NCBI GenBank assembly: GCA_040217195.1
Contig: JAVJNR010000008.1
Location: 352,001 to 416,000 of the forward strand
Origin: Leptospiraceae bacterium
Lineage (GTDB): Bacteria > Spirochaetota > Leptospiria > Leptospirales > Leptonemataceae
Length of the DNA: 64,000 nucleotides
Reading direction: 5' to 3'
Below, piece after piece: positions 19,894 to 29,572 of this stretch; position 1 is the stretch's first letter; each line of letters begins with the position of its first letter. Position numbers and translations under genes: made by a program. Below the pieces are notes generated by a model that did no database searches, was not told the DNA's origin, and was given only the letters and a program-made list of their open reading frames with translations.

Positions 19894-21245
19894 AAATCTA
19901 TATCGTAGACGACGATCAAAGCATTCGCTCATCCCTCCGTGCAATTCTGGAAGATGAGGACTTCCTTGTTGAGGACTTTGCCACAGGCCGAGCCATGCTA
20001 AAGACTTTAAAATCGGAAAGGCCGGATATGGTCCTTCTGGATGTATGGATGGGCAAGGAAGATGGACTGGATATCCTGGATAAGATTCGAGCTGAATACC
20101 CGGCATTACCGGTACTGATGATTAGCGGCCATGGCACAATTGAGCAGGCCGTGATGGCCACAAAGAAAGGAGCGGTGGATTTTCTAGAAAAGCCATTGAG
20201 CCTGGATGTGGTACTGGACAGAATCAATTCCATTCTGCAGATTCCGGCCAGCAACGGAGCGAAGAAGGCAGAAATCAAACTTGGCTTCGATGAAATCATT
20301 GGCCAGTCCGAGCAGATTCACAAAGTAAAACAGTCCATATCCCAGGCAGCCCGCACCAATGCCCGAGTCTTCATATATGGAGAAAACGGCACGGGAAAAG
20401 AACTTGTGGCCCGCGCGATCTATAGAAACTCCAAACGTTCGGAAAATCCATTTGTGGATGTAAACTGCGCAGCCATTCCAGGCGAGTTGATAGAAAGCGA
20501 ATTATTTGGTCATGAAAAAGGGGCCTTTACCGGAGCATCGGATAGACGCATTGGAAAATTCGAACAGGCCAGTGATGGAACTCTGTTTCTGGATGAAATC
20601 TGTGATATGTCTCTGGCCACTCAGGCCCGGGTACTTCGCGTCCTGGAAGAGCAAAGATTCAGTCGAGTAGGTTCCACCGAAACGATTGAGGTGGATGTTC
20701 GTATTATCGCCGCTACAAACATTGATCCGTTACAGGCTATCAAGGAAGGAAAATTCAGAGAAGACCTTTATTTTAGATTAAATGTGATCCCCATTGTTAT
20801 GCCAGCTCTAAGAGAGCGACCGGGAGATATTCCTTTATTGTTGGATCATTTTTTACGACAGTCCTTAAAAGAAAATCAAATAGAACCAAGAACGTTTACT
20901 CAGGGAGCTCTAGAAGCTCTTACCTACTATCAATGGCCCGGTAATGTCCGGGAACTGAAAAACGTTGTAGAGCGAATGGCCATCTTATCGGAAGGTCCTG
21001 AGATTACAGAAACGGAAGTTCAATTGCATCTACGTCAATTTCCTGTGGAAGGAGAAGGTAACGAAGGGCCCCTCTCTTCGGATTTAAAAACTGCGCGAAA
21101 AGAATTCGAAAAAGATTATATCATGCGTGCTCTTAAGCAAAATGAAAAGAATATCAGTCAGACCGCCCGCTTTCTGGGACTGGAAAGAACTCACTTGCAT
21201 CGAAAAATCAAGTCCTTAAAAATCGATCTGGATCAAATTCAGTAG
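19890..21245 (+). CDS. sigma54-dependent response regulator, NtrX/NtrC-like
   Basis: REC domain (VDDD, LDVWM, KP), AAA+ GENGTGKE, intact GAFTGA, WPGNVREL and a Fis-type HTH. Confidence 0.93.
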   Translation: MKIYIVDDDQSIRSSLRAILEDEDFLVEDFATGRAMLKTLKSERPDMVLLDVWMGKEDGLDILDKIRAEYPALPVLMISGHGTIEQAVMATKKGAVDFLEKPLSLDVVLDRINSILQIPASNGAKKAEIKLGFDEIIGQSEQIHKVKQSISQAARTNARVFIYGENGTGKELVARAIYRNSKRSENPFVDVNCAAIPGELIESELFGHEKGAFTGASDRRIGKFEQASDGTLFLDEICDMSLATQARVLRVLEEQRFSRVGSTETIEVDVRIIAATNIDPLQAIKEGKFREDLYFRLNVIPIVMPALRERPGDIPLLLDHFLRQSLKENQIEPRTFTQGALEALTYYQWPGNVRELKNVVERMAILSEGPEITETEVQLHLRQFPVEGEGNEGPLSSDLKTARKEFEKDYIMRALKQNEKNISQTARFLGLERTHLHRKIKSLKIDLDQIQ

Positions 21246-21305
21246 ATCGATGATTTTCAGTGGACGGGTCTTTGTAGCTCGGGTTTTTCCTGGAATACTA
21301 ATTAG

Positions 21306-22256
21306 ATGACATCAACGCAGCCAAATCCAACCGAAAGAACGATTGAGGAATCCGGATCCGCTCTGGAACAGATGCAGAGCATCCTGGAAGATCTGTCTGC
21401 ATTGCTGGATAATGAAGAATTACTCTGGAATGAAGAGGGTCAAACTCAGCCAGAGCACTTTGATTTTTCCGGAATGGGCGATATGCTTCGTCAGGCCCAC
21501 GATAACCTGAGTATAATCGATCCAAAGTCAACATTCCAGGACTCTATTCGATCATCGTCCACACCGGGCCGACCTTCAGAGAGTAGAAAGCCTGCACAGG
21601 TCTTTAGAGCGCCAGAGAATCAGACAGCCAATCAGAAATGTACTCTTTGCAGCGATCGAATCTATGCCACTCGTAGGTTTTTTATTCAGGGTCAGAAGCC
21701 AGTGCTGGTGGTTCACTTTGAAGGCCCCTTTGGAAAGCAGTCCGAGGCCCGGGACAGGTCCCAGAAGCTCTATTTTGCCCGGGAAGAGGAAGATGATTTG
21801 TTTCGCCGTATGATTGAGCGAATGAAGCTATCCATGGATGATCTTCATTTCCAGCAGCTACCGGCCTGTCATTTTGTGGCAGAAACCAGTTCGGCCGATG
21901 ACTGGAACGAAAGGACTTTGAACTGCCTGACTCACCTGGAAGAAACCATTAAACGGGAATCCATCAAACTTGCACTGATCACCGGCCCAGCTGCAGTACT
22001 TCTATTTGGCGAAGAAGGTGCCAAACAATTCTCAGAAACCGGAGAAGTGATCCAGATGCCCGTTCTGTCCCAGCAAATTGGCGCTGTAGTAATCCGCAGT
22101 CCAGCAGCCTTGCTTTCGCTGGAGAATCGAACCAGAAAAGCCCAGGCCTCCGGTGAGGAGACAGCTTACAAAGAAGCCCGGGAACAGGAAATTAAGATTA
22201 AGAAGCAAATCGTCGCCAGTCTGGAAAAGGCCTTTTCATTGCCAGGTCTGAGATAA
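21306..22256 (+). CDS. Hypothetical protein, degenerate uracil-DNA glycosylase (family 4)-like
   Basis: CTLC...ACH...NCL cysteine pattern, with VLVVHFEGPFG and IRSPAALL at the positions of UDG motifs A and B. Confidence 0.55.
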   Translation: MTSTQPNPTERTIEESGSALEQMQSILEDLSALLDNEELLWNEEGQTQPEHFDFSGMGDMLRQAHDNLSIIDPKSTFQDSIRSSSTPGRPSESRKPAQVFRAPENQTANQKCTLCSDRIYATRRFFIQGQKPVLVVHFEGPFGKQSEARDRSQKLYFAREEEDDLFRRMIERMKLSMDDLHFQQLPACHFVAETSSADDWNERTLNCLTHLEETIKRESIKLALITGPAAVLLFGEEGAKQFSETGEVIQMPVLSQQIGAVVIRSPAALLSLENRTRKAQASGEETAYKEAREQEIKIKKQIVASLEKAFSLPGLR

Positions 22257-22267
22257 GTCTGCCGACT

Positions 22268-24250
22268 GTGTTTGATCGCTTTGCCAGGGTATTGTTTAGA
22301 CTTCCTCTGGATCGTCCCCTGGACTACAGAATTCCTCCTGACCTGGATGTTCAAATTGGCAGCCGAGTAATCGTAAAATTAAACAACCGCGAAGAGACAG
22401 GCATAGTCTGCGAGATTACCAATCAGGCCGAAACAGATCCAGTTCTGGATATCCAGGAATTGCTGGATGTATCCATTGTAGTTACAGAATCTCAGATTCA
22501 ACTGGCTCATCGAATGGCGGATTACTATATTTGCGGCCCGGGGGAAGCGCTCTTCAAGATGTTTCCCGCTCCGCCCAGGGCATTCGAAATCAGGTCTTCG
22601 CGCAAATTAAAGATTCCAGAATTACCGGATGCCTCCGCGCCGGAACCGAAACACTCTCTAAATCCGGAACAAATATCCATCTATGAAAGCATAAAGCACA
22701 ATCAGGTAGCGGGCCGAATGCACCTCCTTCATGGAATTACCGGCTCGGGAAAAACAGAGGTCTATATTCATTTAATGAGGGATGCACTGCTCGAAGGCCG
22801 GGGCGCCATACTTCTTGTTCCGGAAATTGCACTCACGGTCCAGATGATTCAAAGGCTGCAGGAGGTCTTTGGATCTTCCATTGCACTTTTGCATTCAGGA
22901 TTACCCGGCCAGGAACGATTTCTAAATTATCTTTCGGTCTTGAATAAGCAGCGCAGGCTGGTGGTCGGCACTCGATCCGCCATATTCGCTCCCGTAGATG
23001 ACCTGAAATACATAATCATAGATGAAGAACATGATAGTTCATACCGGGAAAACAGTGCTCCTCGCTATGATGCGAGGCTCCTTGCACGATGGATAGCATC
23101 GGACAAAGCGATGATCATTGCAGGGTCCGCCACTCCCAGGCTGGAAAGTAGAAGAGCCTGCGAAACTCATCCAGATCTCTTTCAGTATCATGTAATTAAG
23201 GGACGGGCGTCTGGTGCTCTTCCCCGGGTACAGGTTGTACAGGCACCGACAAACCAGAACCCTATATCAGGACAGCTAATTACAGAGATTGAAAAAAACC
23301 TGAAAGCCGGGCAACAAACAATATTGCTTTTAAATCGGAGGGGTTATCAGCCATTCATCTATTGCGATAATTGTGCAAGTACCGTTAAGTGTCCTCGCTG
23401 CTCCGTAACTTTGCATTTTCATAAACCCAATCTGTTGCTCTGTCATTATTGCAGCTTTCAGGCCCTGAACGATGGTCATTGCCCACAATGCGGAGGCCCC
23501 ACAAAGGCCACCGGAACCGGTGTGCAGCGACTGGAAGAATTCCTGGCTTCCAGATTCCTGCAGGCCCGTATTGAACGAGTGGATACAGATACTTCTAGAG
23601 GAGGTAAGAACCTCCAGGATTCCCTGCATCGGTTCTTTCGCAAGGAACTGGATATTTTGATGGGAACTCAGATGATTGCAAAAGGTCTGGATGCTCCGGA
23701 TGTAACCCTGGTAGGTGTACTCCAGGCAGACCAGGGTCTGATGCTATCGGATTATAGAGCCCAGGAACGTACCTTTTCCTTGCTTATGCAAGTGGCCGGA
23801 AGGGCGGGCAGGGGTAGATTCCAGGGACGTGTTCTAATTGAAGCCCTTAATCCGGATCATCCTGTGATTCACCTGGCCGCCGCTCAGGACTATGGAAACT
23901 TTTATTCCCAGGAGCTGCGGCTCAGACAGGCTACCAATTATCCGCCTTTCTGTCGGCTGTTAAGATTCCTCATTCGCGCTCCCGAACAGGAGTATGCAGA
24001 AAAGAAAATCGATGAACTGGCGGAGCTACTGGAATCTGCGTTCGCCGATGGACCAGATGATCTGGAAATCCTGGGACCAGCACCGGCGCCCATCGAACGA
24101 ATTCATGACCAGTACAGAATGCATATCTTGATCAAGACCAGAACCTATGAAAAGATTCGTCCTGAACTCAAAGAGCTTCTAAAATCGTTTCGTCCTGGAC
24201 TGAGAAAGGGGCACCTGGAATTTGAACCCGATCCCCAGGATGTGGTCTAA
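22268..24250 (+). CDS. priA: Primosomal protein N' (replication restart helicase)
   Basis: GITGSGKTEVY, LVPEIALT, DEEHD, Zn-binding CxxC pairs, GTQMIAKG and QVAGRAGR. Confidence 0.96.
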   Translation: MFDRFARVLFRLPLDRPLDYRIPPDLDVQIGSRVIVKLNNREETGIVCEITNQAETDPVLDIQELLDVSIVVTESQIQLAHRMADYYICGPGEALFKMFPAPPRAFEIRSSRKLKIPELPDASAPEPKHSLNPEQISIYESIKHNQVAGRMHLLHGITGSGKTEVYIHLMRDALLEGRGAILLVPEIALTVQMIQRLQEVFGSSIALLHSGLPGQERFLNYLSVLNKQRRLVVGTRSAIFAPVDDLKYIIIDEEHDSSYRENSAPRYDARLLARWIASDKAMIIAGSATPRLESRRACETHPDLFQYHVIKGRASGALPRVQVVQAPTNQNPISGQLITEIEKNLKAGQQTILLLNRRGYQPFIYCDNCASTVKCPRCSVTLHFHKPNLLLCHYCSFQALNDGHCPQCGGPTKATGTGVQRLEEFLASRFLQARIERVDTDTSRGGKNLQDSLHRFFRKELDILMGTQMIAKGLDAPDVTLVGVLQADQGLMLSDYRAQERTFSLLMQVAGRAGRGRFQGRVLIEALNPDHPVIHLAAAQDYGNFYSQELRLRQATNYPPFCRLLRFLIRAPEQEYAEKKIDELAELLESAFADGPDDLEILGPAPAPIERIHDQYRMHILIKTRTYEKIRPELKELLKSFRPGLRKGHLEFEPDPQDVV

Positions 24251-24287
24251 AGGGCCTCTGGAACCGGCGCACAGAAAAGGATTGAGA

Positions 24288-25271
24288 ATGAAACTAGGAT
24301 ACATGGGCACACCGGAAATCAGTGCTGAACTTCTAAAAGCGCTTTTAGATGCGGGCTATGAAATAGACTATGTAGTATCCAATCCAGACCGGCCCCGGGG
24401 TCGTTCCGGCACTCCCCAGCCTTCCGCTGTAAGTGCTGTGGCCCAGCAACAGGGATTGCATCTGTATCGTCCGGAAAAGCCCGCCCAGGTCATTGAGGAG
24501 CTCAAGTTAAAGGAAGTGGATGCTGTGATTGTATTTGCTTACGGCTCCATACTTCCAGAAGGATATCTTGGCCTGGGACGCCTGGGGATTTTCAATTTGC
24601 ACGGATCCCTTTTACCGGAGCTCCGCGGAGCCAGCCCCATTCAAAGTGCCATTCTCCAGGGCCTGAAACGTACGGGCTGGTCATTACAGTTCGTATCGCA
24701 GAAAATGGACTGTGGAGCTGTGGTAGCGAAACAGAGCCTGGATATAGGAGCCGATGAAACCGCCGGAGAACTCACCGAAAGGATGGTACCGACTGGAATC
24801 GATCTGGTCTTGAATACCTTGCCGGACCTGAAGTCTCTGTCCAGCCAGGCGATGGAACAAGATGAGCAGAAAGCTACCTATTGCCGGAAAATCCTGCCAG
24901 AGCACGGATACATTGACTGGAATGAATCGGCTCAAGAAATTCACAATCAAATCAGGGGAATGAATCCCCGGCCGGTGGCCCGTAGCCTGCTAAACGGAAA
25001 GCTAATTAAGATATTTCGCAGTAGAATTCTGGATTCTGATCAGCGGGCCGCCCTGCAGGATGAAAAGCAATTGATGGCAAGAGCCCCTGGAGATCTGCTG
25101 TCTTTTAGACTGGATGGCAGACCTGCTTTGCTCGTCAAGACCGGGCAAAATCAGATTCTGCAGATTCTATCGCTGCAGCCGCAGAATAAAAAACAAATGG
25201 ATGCGGTTTCTTTTCTGAACGGGCATAAGATTCAGCCCGGTGAGCGATTTGCCATGCCAGCGGAGATCTGA
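24288..25271 (+). CDS. fmt: Methionyl-tRNA formyltransferase
   Basis: YMGTPE, PDRPRGR, NLHGSLLPELRGASPIQ and MDCG. Start set at ATG 24288. Confidence 0.95.
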   Translation: MKLGYMGTPEISAELLKALLDAGYEIDYVVSNPDRPRGRSGTPQPSAVSAVAQQQGLHLYRPEKPAQVIEELKLKEVDAVIVFAYGSILPEGYLGLGRLGIFNLHGSLLPELRGASPIQSAILQGLKRTGWSLQFVSQKMDCGAVVAKQSLDIGADETAGELTERMVPTGIDLVLNTLPDLKSLSSQAMEQDEQKATYCRKILPEHGYIDWNESAQEIHNQIRGMNPRPVARSLLNGKLIKIFRSRILDSDQRAALQDEKQLMARAPGDLLSFRLDGRPALLVKTGQNQILQILSLQPQNKKQMDAVSFLNGHKIQPGERFAMPAEI

Positions 25272-25272
25272 A

Positions 25273-26262
25273 GTGCAATACTTAAAGACCCTATTACAGA
25301 CCCTATTTCCCGTAATCGTGGCAGCCGCCGCATTTGTGCTAATTTCTGTGACCATCTTCCTGGTTCGATCCGAGGATCCTGGCAGCTTCGCGCTTCAGGA
25401 TTACAGGGGTCAGTACTATATCAATGTTCATAACGATCTGCATCGACGCAGGCTACGCGTGGAAATTGAGAAACGTAACTTCCCGGACCGTCCGGAAGGA
25501 ATTATCCTGGATCAAAACATAAGTCCAGGTACCATTGTAGAGCCCAAACAGAACTTGAATCTGGTGGTAAACCAGCATCAGCCATTGCTTACCGTTCCAG
25601 ACCTGGTGGGTACCGGCCAGGCAGGTATTAGCGCAGCTCTGGAGAGAATTGTAATTGGAGATCAGGTATATTCACTGTCTCGAGGTAGCACTTCTCTTGT
25701 ATTTGATGATGGGGTCCCAGAAGGAACCATCCTGGCTCAGTCACCGCTACCTGGCCAGAAAGTGGATCCGGATTTTCCTGTAGATTTTCTGGTAGCCACT
25801 TCGCATCCGTATCGCGGAAAGCAGATTACACCGGCCCAGCTCAAGGAACTGCCGGTGGATCTAGCCTATGAATTCTTGCTGCGAACCGGAGCATCGTTCA
25901 CCATTAAGAACATCCTGAATCCCACCAGGCCACATGAGCAGGGTCGAGTGGCTGAAGCCCGACAGACGGGCAGGGATCAGTTTGAGCTGGACGTTTACTT
26001 TCAGAAGCCTTCCGCTGCCTTTGCGTCCGGGTATGAGCAAGAAATCGTGGACATCCCGGCCGAGTACCGAGGTGAGAAGATGTGTACTCTGTATCATTAT
26101 CCAGAAAATGATCCTCAGAGCCGAAAGCCCATCTTTCGCCAGAAACAATCGTCGCAATCCGCCACTGTAGTTTTCTTTCGAAGGAACACAGAGGTTCTTG
26201 AGCTTCGATGCGAAAACAAAGTAGTGAGCCGAAAAACCCTCAGTCCTGATTTCTCAGGTTAG
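25273..26262 (+). CDS. PASTA-domain membrane protein
   Basis: N-terminal TM helix, PASTA-like repeats (PEGIILDQNISPG, VPDLVG, PEGTILAQSPLPG), GTG start with GGAG SD. Confidence 0.8.
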   Translation: MQYLKTLLQTLFPVIVAAAAFVLISVTIFLVRSEDPGSFALQDYRGQYYINVHNDLHRRRLRVEIEKRNFPDRPEGIILDQNISPGTIVEPKQNLNLVVNQHQPLLTVPDLVGTGQAGISAALERIVIGDQVYSLSRGSTSLVFDDGVPEGTILAQSPLPGQKVDPDFPVDFLVATSHPYRGKQITPAQLKELPVDLAYEFLLRTGASFTIKNILNPTRPHEQGRVAEARQTGRDQFELDVYFQKPSAAFASGYEQEIVDIPAEYRGEKMCTLYHYPENDPQSRKPIFRQKQSSQSATVVFFRRNTEVLELRCENKVVSRKTLSPDFSG

Positions 26263-26328
26263 AGAATTTTGTCTTAGGGAATTTTGTCCTGGAGCGCCGA
26301 GGAACACTGTATCAAAGCGAGTAGTACT

Positions 26329-26997
26329 ATGGATTTATCGCCATCTATCCTGGCCGCCGATTTAACGGATCTGAAAGCAAGCTTGAAGGAGCTGGAAGGT
26401 AGAGTGGAATACCTGCATATGGATGTCATGGATGGGCATTTTGTGCCTACATTGTCCTTCGGTGAACTCTATACCAAATTGCTAAAACAACATACCAGCA
26501 TTCCGCTGGATGTGCATCTAATGGTCTCCCAGCCTGAGAAGGAGGTGCCCAAATACTTCCCTCTGGAGCCGGCCAATATCACATTTCATGTGGAAGCCAC
26601 AGATTTCGGTGTGCGTCTGGCTCGGGAAATTCGAAAGCAGGGCATCAAAGCTGGAGTGTCACTGAATCCGGCCACTCCTCTGAGCAGCCTGGATTATCTT
26701 CTAGATGAAATTGATCTGGTATTGATTATGAGTGTGGAACCTGGATTCTACGGCCAGAGCTTCATTCATTCCAGTCTGGGAAAGATTCAAAAGTTAAAGG
26801 AACTGATCGCAGATCGAGATATTACCATCGAAGTGGATGGCGGTATTGATTCCTCCAATATTGGTCAGATTCTGGAAGCTGGTGCGCGACGAATTGTAGC
26901 TGGCTCTGCCTGCTTCAAAGGCGGAGATATTGCAGGCAATATCGGTCGATTGCGGGATGCTGCTGCAGTTTCTGTTGACACCAAACATGCGTCATAA
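26329..26997 (+). CDS. rpe: Ribulose-phosphate 3-epimerase
   Basis: [32 protein letters not shown] and EVDGGI. Confidence 0.96.
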   Translation: MDLSPSILAADLTDLKASLKELEGRVEYLHMDVMDGHFVPTLSFGELYTKLLKQHTSIPLDVHLMVSQPEKEVPKYFPLEPANITFHVEATDFGVRLAREIRKQGIKAGVSLNPATPLSSLDYLLDEIDLVLIMSVEPGFYGQSFIHSSLGKIQKLKELIADRDITIEVDGGIDSSNIGQILEAGARRIVAGSACFKGGDIAGNIGRLRDAAAVSVDTKHAS

Positions 26998-27008
26998 TTT
27001 CTCGGTTT

Positions 27009-27251
27009 GTGGTCAAAATTCGTTTACAGAGATACGGAACCAAGAAGAAACCCTTCTACAGAATTGTAGCTGCGGACTCTCGCTATCCCAGAGATGGCCG
27101 GTTCATCGAGCAAATTGGATACTATAATCCGATTGCATTCAATGAAGCCTGCGTTCTGAAAGAAGAGAGAGTTAAGCACTGGCTTGAATCCGGTGCTCAG
27201 CCTACAGATTCAGTTCGATCTTTGCTCAAGAAGCAAGGTCTTCTAGGCTAA
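27009..27251 (+). CDS. rpsP: 30S ribosomal protein S16
   Basis: [34 protein letters not shown] and GAQPTD. Confidence 0.98.
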   Translation: MVKIRLQRYGTKKKPFYRIVAADSRYPRDGRFIEQIGYYNPIAFNEACVLKEERVKHWLESGAQPTDSVRSLLKKQGLLG

Positions 27252-27271
27252 GATATTTTCAGGAGTTTCCC

Positions 27272-27511
27272 ATGTCCCAGGCTACCGTCTTCATTGAATA
27301 TGTACTGGAAAACATCGTTTCCCAGCCAGATGAGCTAAAGATCAGCGAAATCGCCGGTCCCGAAGAGTCCATCATTGAAGTTCGTGTGGCCGACGAAGAT
27401 GTGGGCAAGGTCATCGGAAAGGCCGGCAGTGTGGCACGAGCCCTGCGCAATGTAGTGAACGCTGTGGGCCTGAAGGATGATGCAAGCTACAGCGTGGAAA
27501 TCATTGACTGA
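27272..27511 (+). CDS. khpA: KH-domain RNA-binding protein KhpA
   Basis: DVGKVIGKAG (GxxG) motif, canonical position between rpsP and rimM. Confidence 0.9.
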   Translation: MSQATVFIEYVLENIVSQPDELKISEIAGPEESIIEVRVADEDVGKVIGKAGSVARALRNVVNAVGLKDDASYSVEIID

Positions 27512-28120
27512 GTGGCCTATCTATCCATCGCTCGGCTCAAGAAGCTAGTTCATACCAATCGCTCTCTTTACCTTTGCACCTGTCCTGGAGACGGGCTTGC
27601 CAGTCTTCCGCCTAAATTTTCCGCCTTCCTGCTTCCACCCACCGGTGGTCCGGATAGTCCTCCTTTTGAAGGACAGAGCAATGAAATGCCAGGTGAGGCA
27701 ATTCCGGTTAATGCGGTCAGAGAAGGCGCCGTTTCCAATGGAAAAAGCAAGCTACAGATTCTTACTGATTCGGCTGCACCTTCCGAGCAGGAGGGGTTTC
27801 GCGGATTCTGGCTCTTTGTAGAAGATAAGGAACTGATTCAAGGGTCCGGTAATGATCTTTTTGCATTCGAATTATTGAGCTACGCCTGCGAAGATCTGGC
27901 CACCGGCTCCCGGTCTGCCAGGATAGTTGGTTATCAAGAAACCGGGGCCCATGGAATCCTGGAAGTGGAAACCCTGGAAGGTAGCCGGATTCTTGTTCCT
28001 CTGGTCGCTCCCCATGCTGTTTTAAATACATTAGATCGAACGGTTCAAGTAACCGATCTGGCTGCACTCAATCCGGAGGAGAAATCCGAAGACCCGGTTA
28101 CAGAAAGCAGTGCCGAATAA
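27512..28120 (+). CDS. rimM: Ribosome maturation factor RimM (divergent)
   Basis: Position between khpA and trmD, PRC-barrel-like C-terminus (ETGAHGILEV...ILVPLV). N-terminal domain poorly conserved. Confidence 0.65.
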   Translation: MAYLSIARLKKLVHTNRSLYLCTCPGDGLASLPPKFSAFLLPPTGGPDSPPFEGQSNEMPGEAIPVNAVREGAVSNGKSKLQILTDSAAPSEQEGFRGFWLFVEDKELIQGSGNDLFAFELLSYACEDLATGSRSARIVGYQETGAHGILEVETLEGSRILVPLVAPHAVLNTLDRTVQVTDLAALNPEEKSEDPVTESSAE

Positions 28121-28152
28121 GGAGGCATCCCGGACAACCAGGAATGGCAGGT

Positions 28153-28812
28153 ATGATCTTTCAGATTCTAACACTTTTTCCGGAGCGCTATCGTTACTTC
28201 CTTGAAAGTGGCTTGCCTTCAAGGGGCCTTAAAAAAGCCTTGCTGGAACTGCGTTTCAGGCAACTTCGGCATTTTGCCGATCCTCGCAGATCCGGGCGCA
28301 TAGATGATTTGCCCTACGGAGGCGGACCCGGGATGGTCCTTGAAGTAGGTCCCATTCATAGGGCTCTAAAAAGCCTTCCCGATTCGTTTCCTGTGGTGCT
28401 TTTTACTCCCCGGGGAAAACGCCTGAACCAGAAAATGGTTCGGTCATTCGCCAGCTATCCGGGATTGACTCTTCTTTCCGGTTACTTTGAAGGGGTGGAT
28501 GAACGGGTGACGCAAAACCTGGTAGACTATGAGGTTTCTCTGGGAGACTTCATTCTAGGATCCGGGGATGCAGCGGCCATATGCTTTCTGGAAAGTGTAA
28601 CCCGGTTGATTCCTGGTTTCATGGGCTCGGATGAAAGTCATGTGGATGAAAGCCATGAAGAGGAAGGCACTCTGGAGTATCCGCAATATACGCGACCTCC
28701 AAAGTATCTGGACTGGGAAGTTCCTCCGGTCCTACTTTCCGGTGATCACGGAAAGATTGCCCGTTGGCGAAAGGAACAGAGCGAACTGAAGAGTCGCAAT
28801 ACGCAATACTAA
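28153..28812 (+). CDS. trmD: tRNA (guanine37-N1)-methyltransferase
   Basis: ILTLFP, DDLPYGGGPGMVL, GYFEGVDERV, LEYPQYTRP and VLLSGDH. Confidence 0.96.
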   Translation: MIFQILTLFPERYRYFLESGLPSRGLKKALLELRFRQLRHFADPRRSGRIDDLPYGGGPGMVLEVGPIHRALKSLPDSFPVVLFTPRGKRLNQKMVRSFASYPGLTLLSGYFEGVDERVTQNLVDYEVSLGDFILGSGDAAAICFLESVTRLIPGFMGSDESHVDESHEEEGTLEYPQYTRPPKYLDWEVPPVLLSGDHGKIARWRKEQSELKSRNTQY

Positions 28813-28899
28813 AAGGGCTGCACTGGAGCGGCCAGAAAAATATAAATGAGGCGTATGTCTCAGGGATGATGGTTTCCAGATAGAACCAGGAGTATTGAG

Positions 28900-29472
28900 A
28901 TGAGTACTGAAGAAACAAACAAAGAGAATCAGACCGCAGAGGGGACTGAAGAAGCCCAGCAGGCTGCTCCTGCTGAAATGGTACAAATCACCCTGAATGG
29001 TGGAAAGGCAACCCTCGCAAAAGGTGATCATATTGCATTCAAGGAATGGCCCTCATTCAACGTAGGCGATACTGTAAAGGTGCACTACAGAATTACAGAG
29101 GGTGACAAGGAAAGAATCCAGGTCTACGAAGGCGCGGTAATCAGCATTCGTGGAGAAGGGCTTTCCCGAACCTTCATGGTTCGGCGGGTTTCTCATGATG
29201 TAGGTGTGGAAAGAATCTTCCCCTATCACTCTCCCAGCATAGCCAAGATTGAAGTAAGTCGTCGCGGTAAAGTAAGAAGAGCCAAGCTTTTCTATCTACG
29301 TCAGAGATCAGGTAAGTCCGCTCGAATCAAAGAAGCTTTCAATGCCACAGCCATGGCTGCTGCCAAAGCCAAGAAATCTGGCGGTAAGAAAAAGAAAGCA
29401 ACCAAGAAGAAAGAAGAAACCGCTGCACCAGCACCAGCTGAAGCTGCACCGGCGGCCTCCGAAAGCGAATAA
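28900..29472 (+). CDS. rplS: 50S ribosomal protein L19 with N- and C-terminal extensions
   Basis: [25 protein letters not shown] and [19 protein letters not shown] before ATG 28900. Confidence 0.96.
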   Translation: MSTEETNKENQTAEGTEEAQQAAPAEMVQITLNGGKATLAKGDHIAFKEWPSFNVGDTVKVHYRITEGDKERIQVYEGAVISIRGEGLSRTFMVRRVSHDVGVERIFPYHSPSIAKIEVSRRGKVRRAKLFYLRQRSGKSARIKEAFNATAMAAAKAKKSGGKKKKATKKKEETAAPAPAEAAPAASESE

Positions 29473-29529
29473 TCCAGGTGGGGAGAGATCCCCATCTCAT
29501 CCTTCGCTTCTTTAACTGCACGGATCCAG

Positions 29530-29556
29530 AGCGTCGCACATTTGTGGGCGCTTTTT
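29530..29556 (+). terminator. Putative intrinsic terminator after rplS
   Basis: AGCGTC(G)CAC-ATTT-GTGGGCGCT stem followed by TTTT. Confidence 0.5.
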
Positions 29557-29572
29557 AGCGTTTCCCAGGTTT

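Noticed and set aside
26975..27000. TTGACA plus CATAAT/TAATTT upstream of rpsP as a promoter
   Set aside because: Spacing is 12-14 nt, outside the 16-18 nt range, so it cannot be supported without TSS data.
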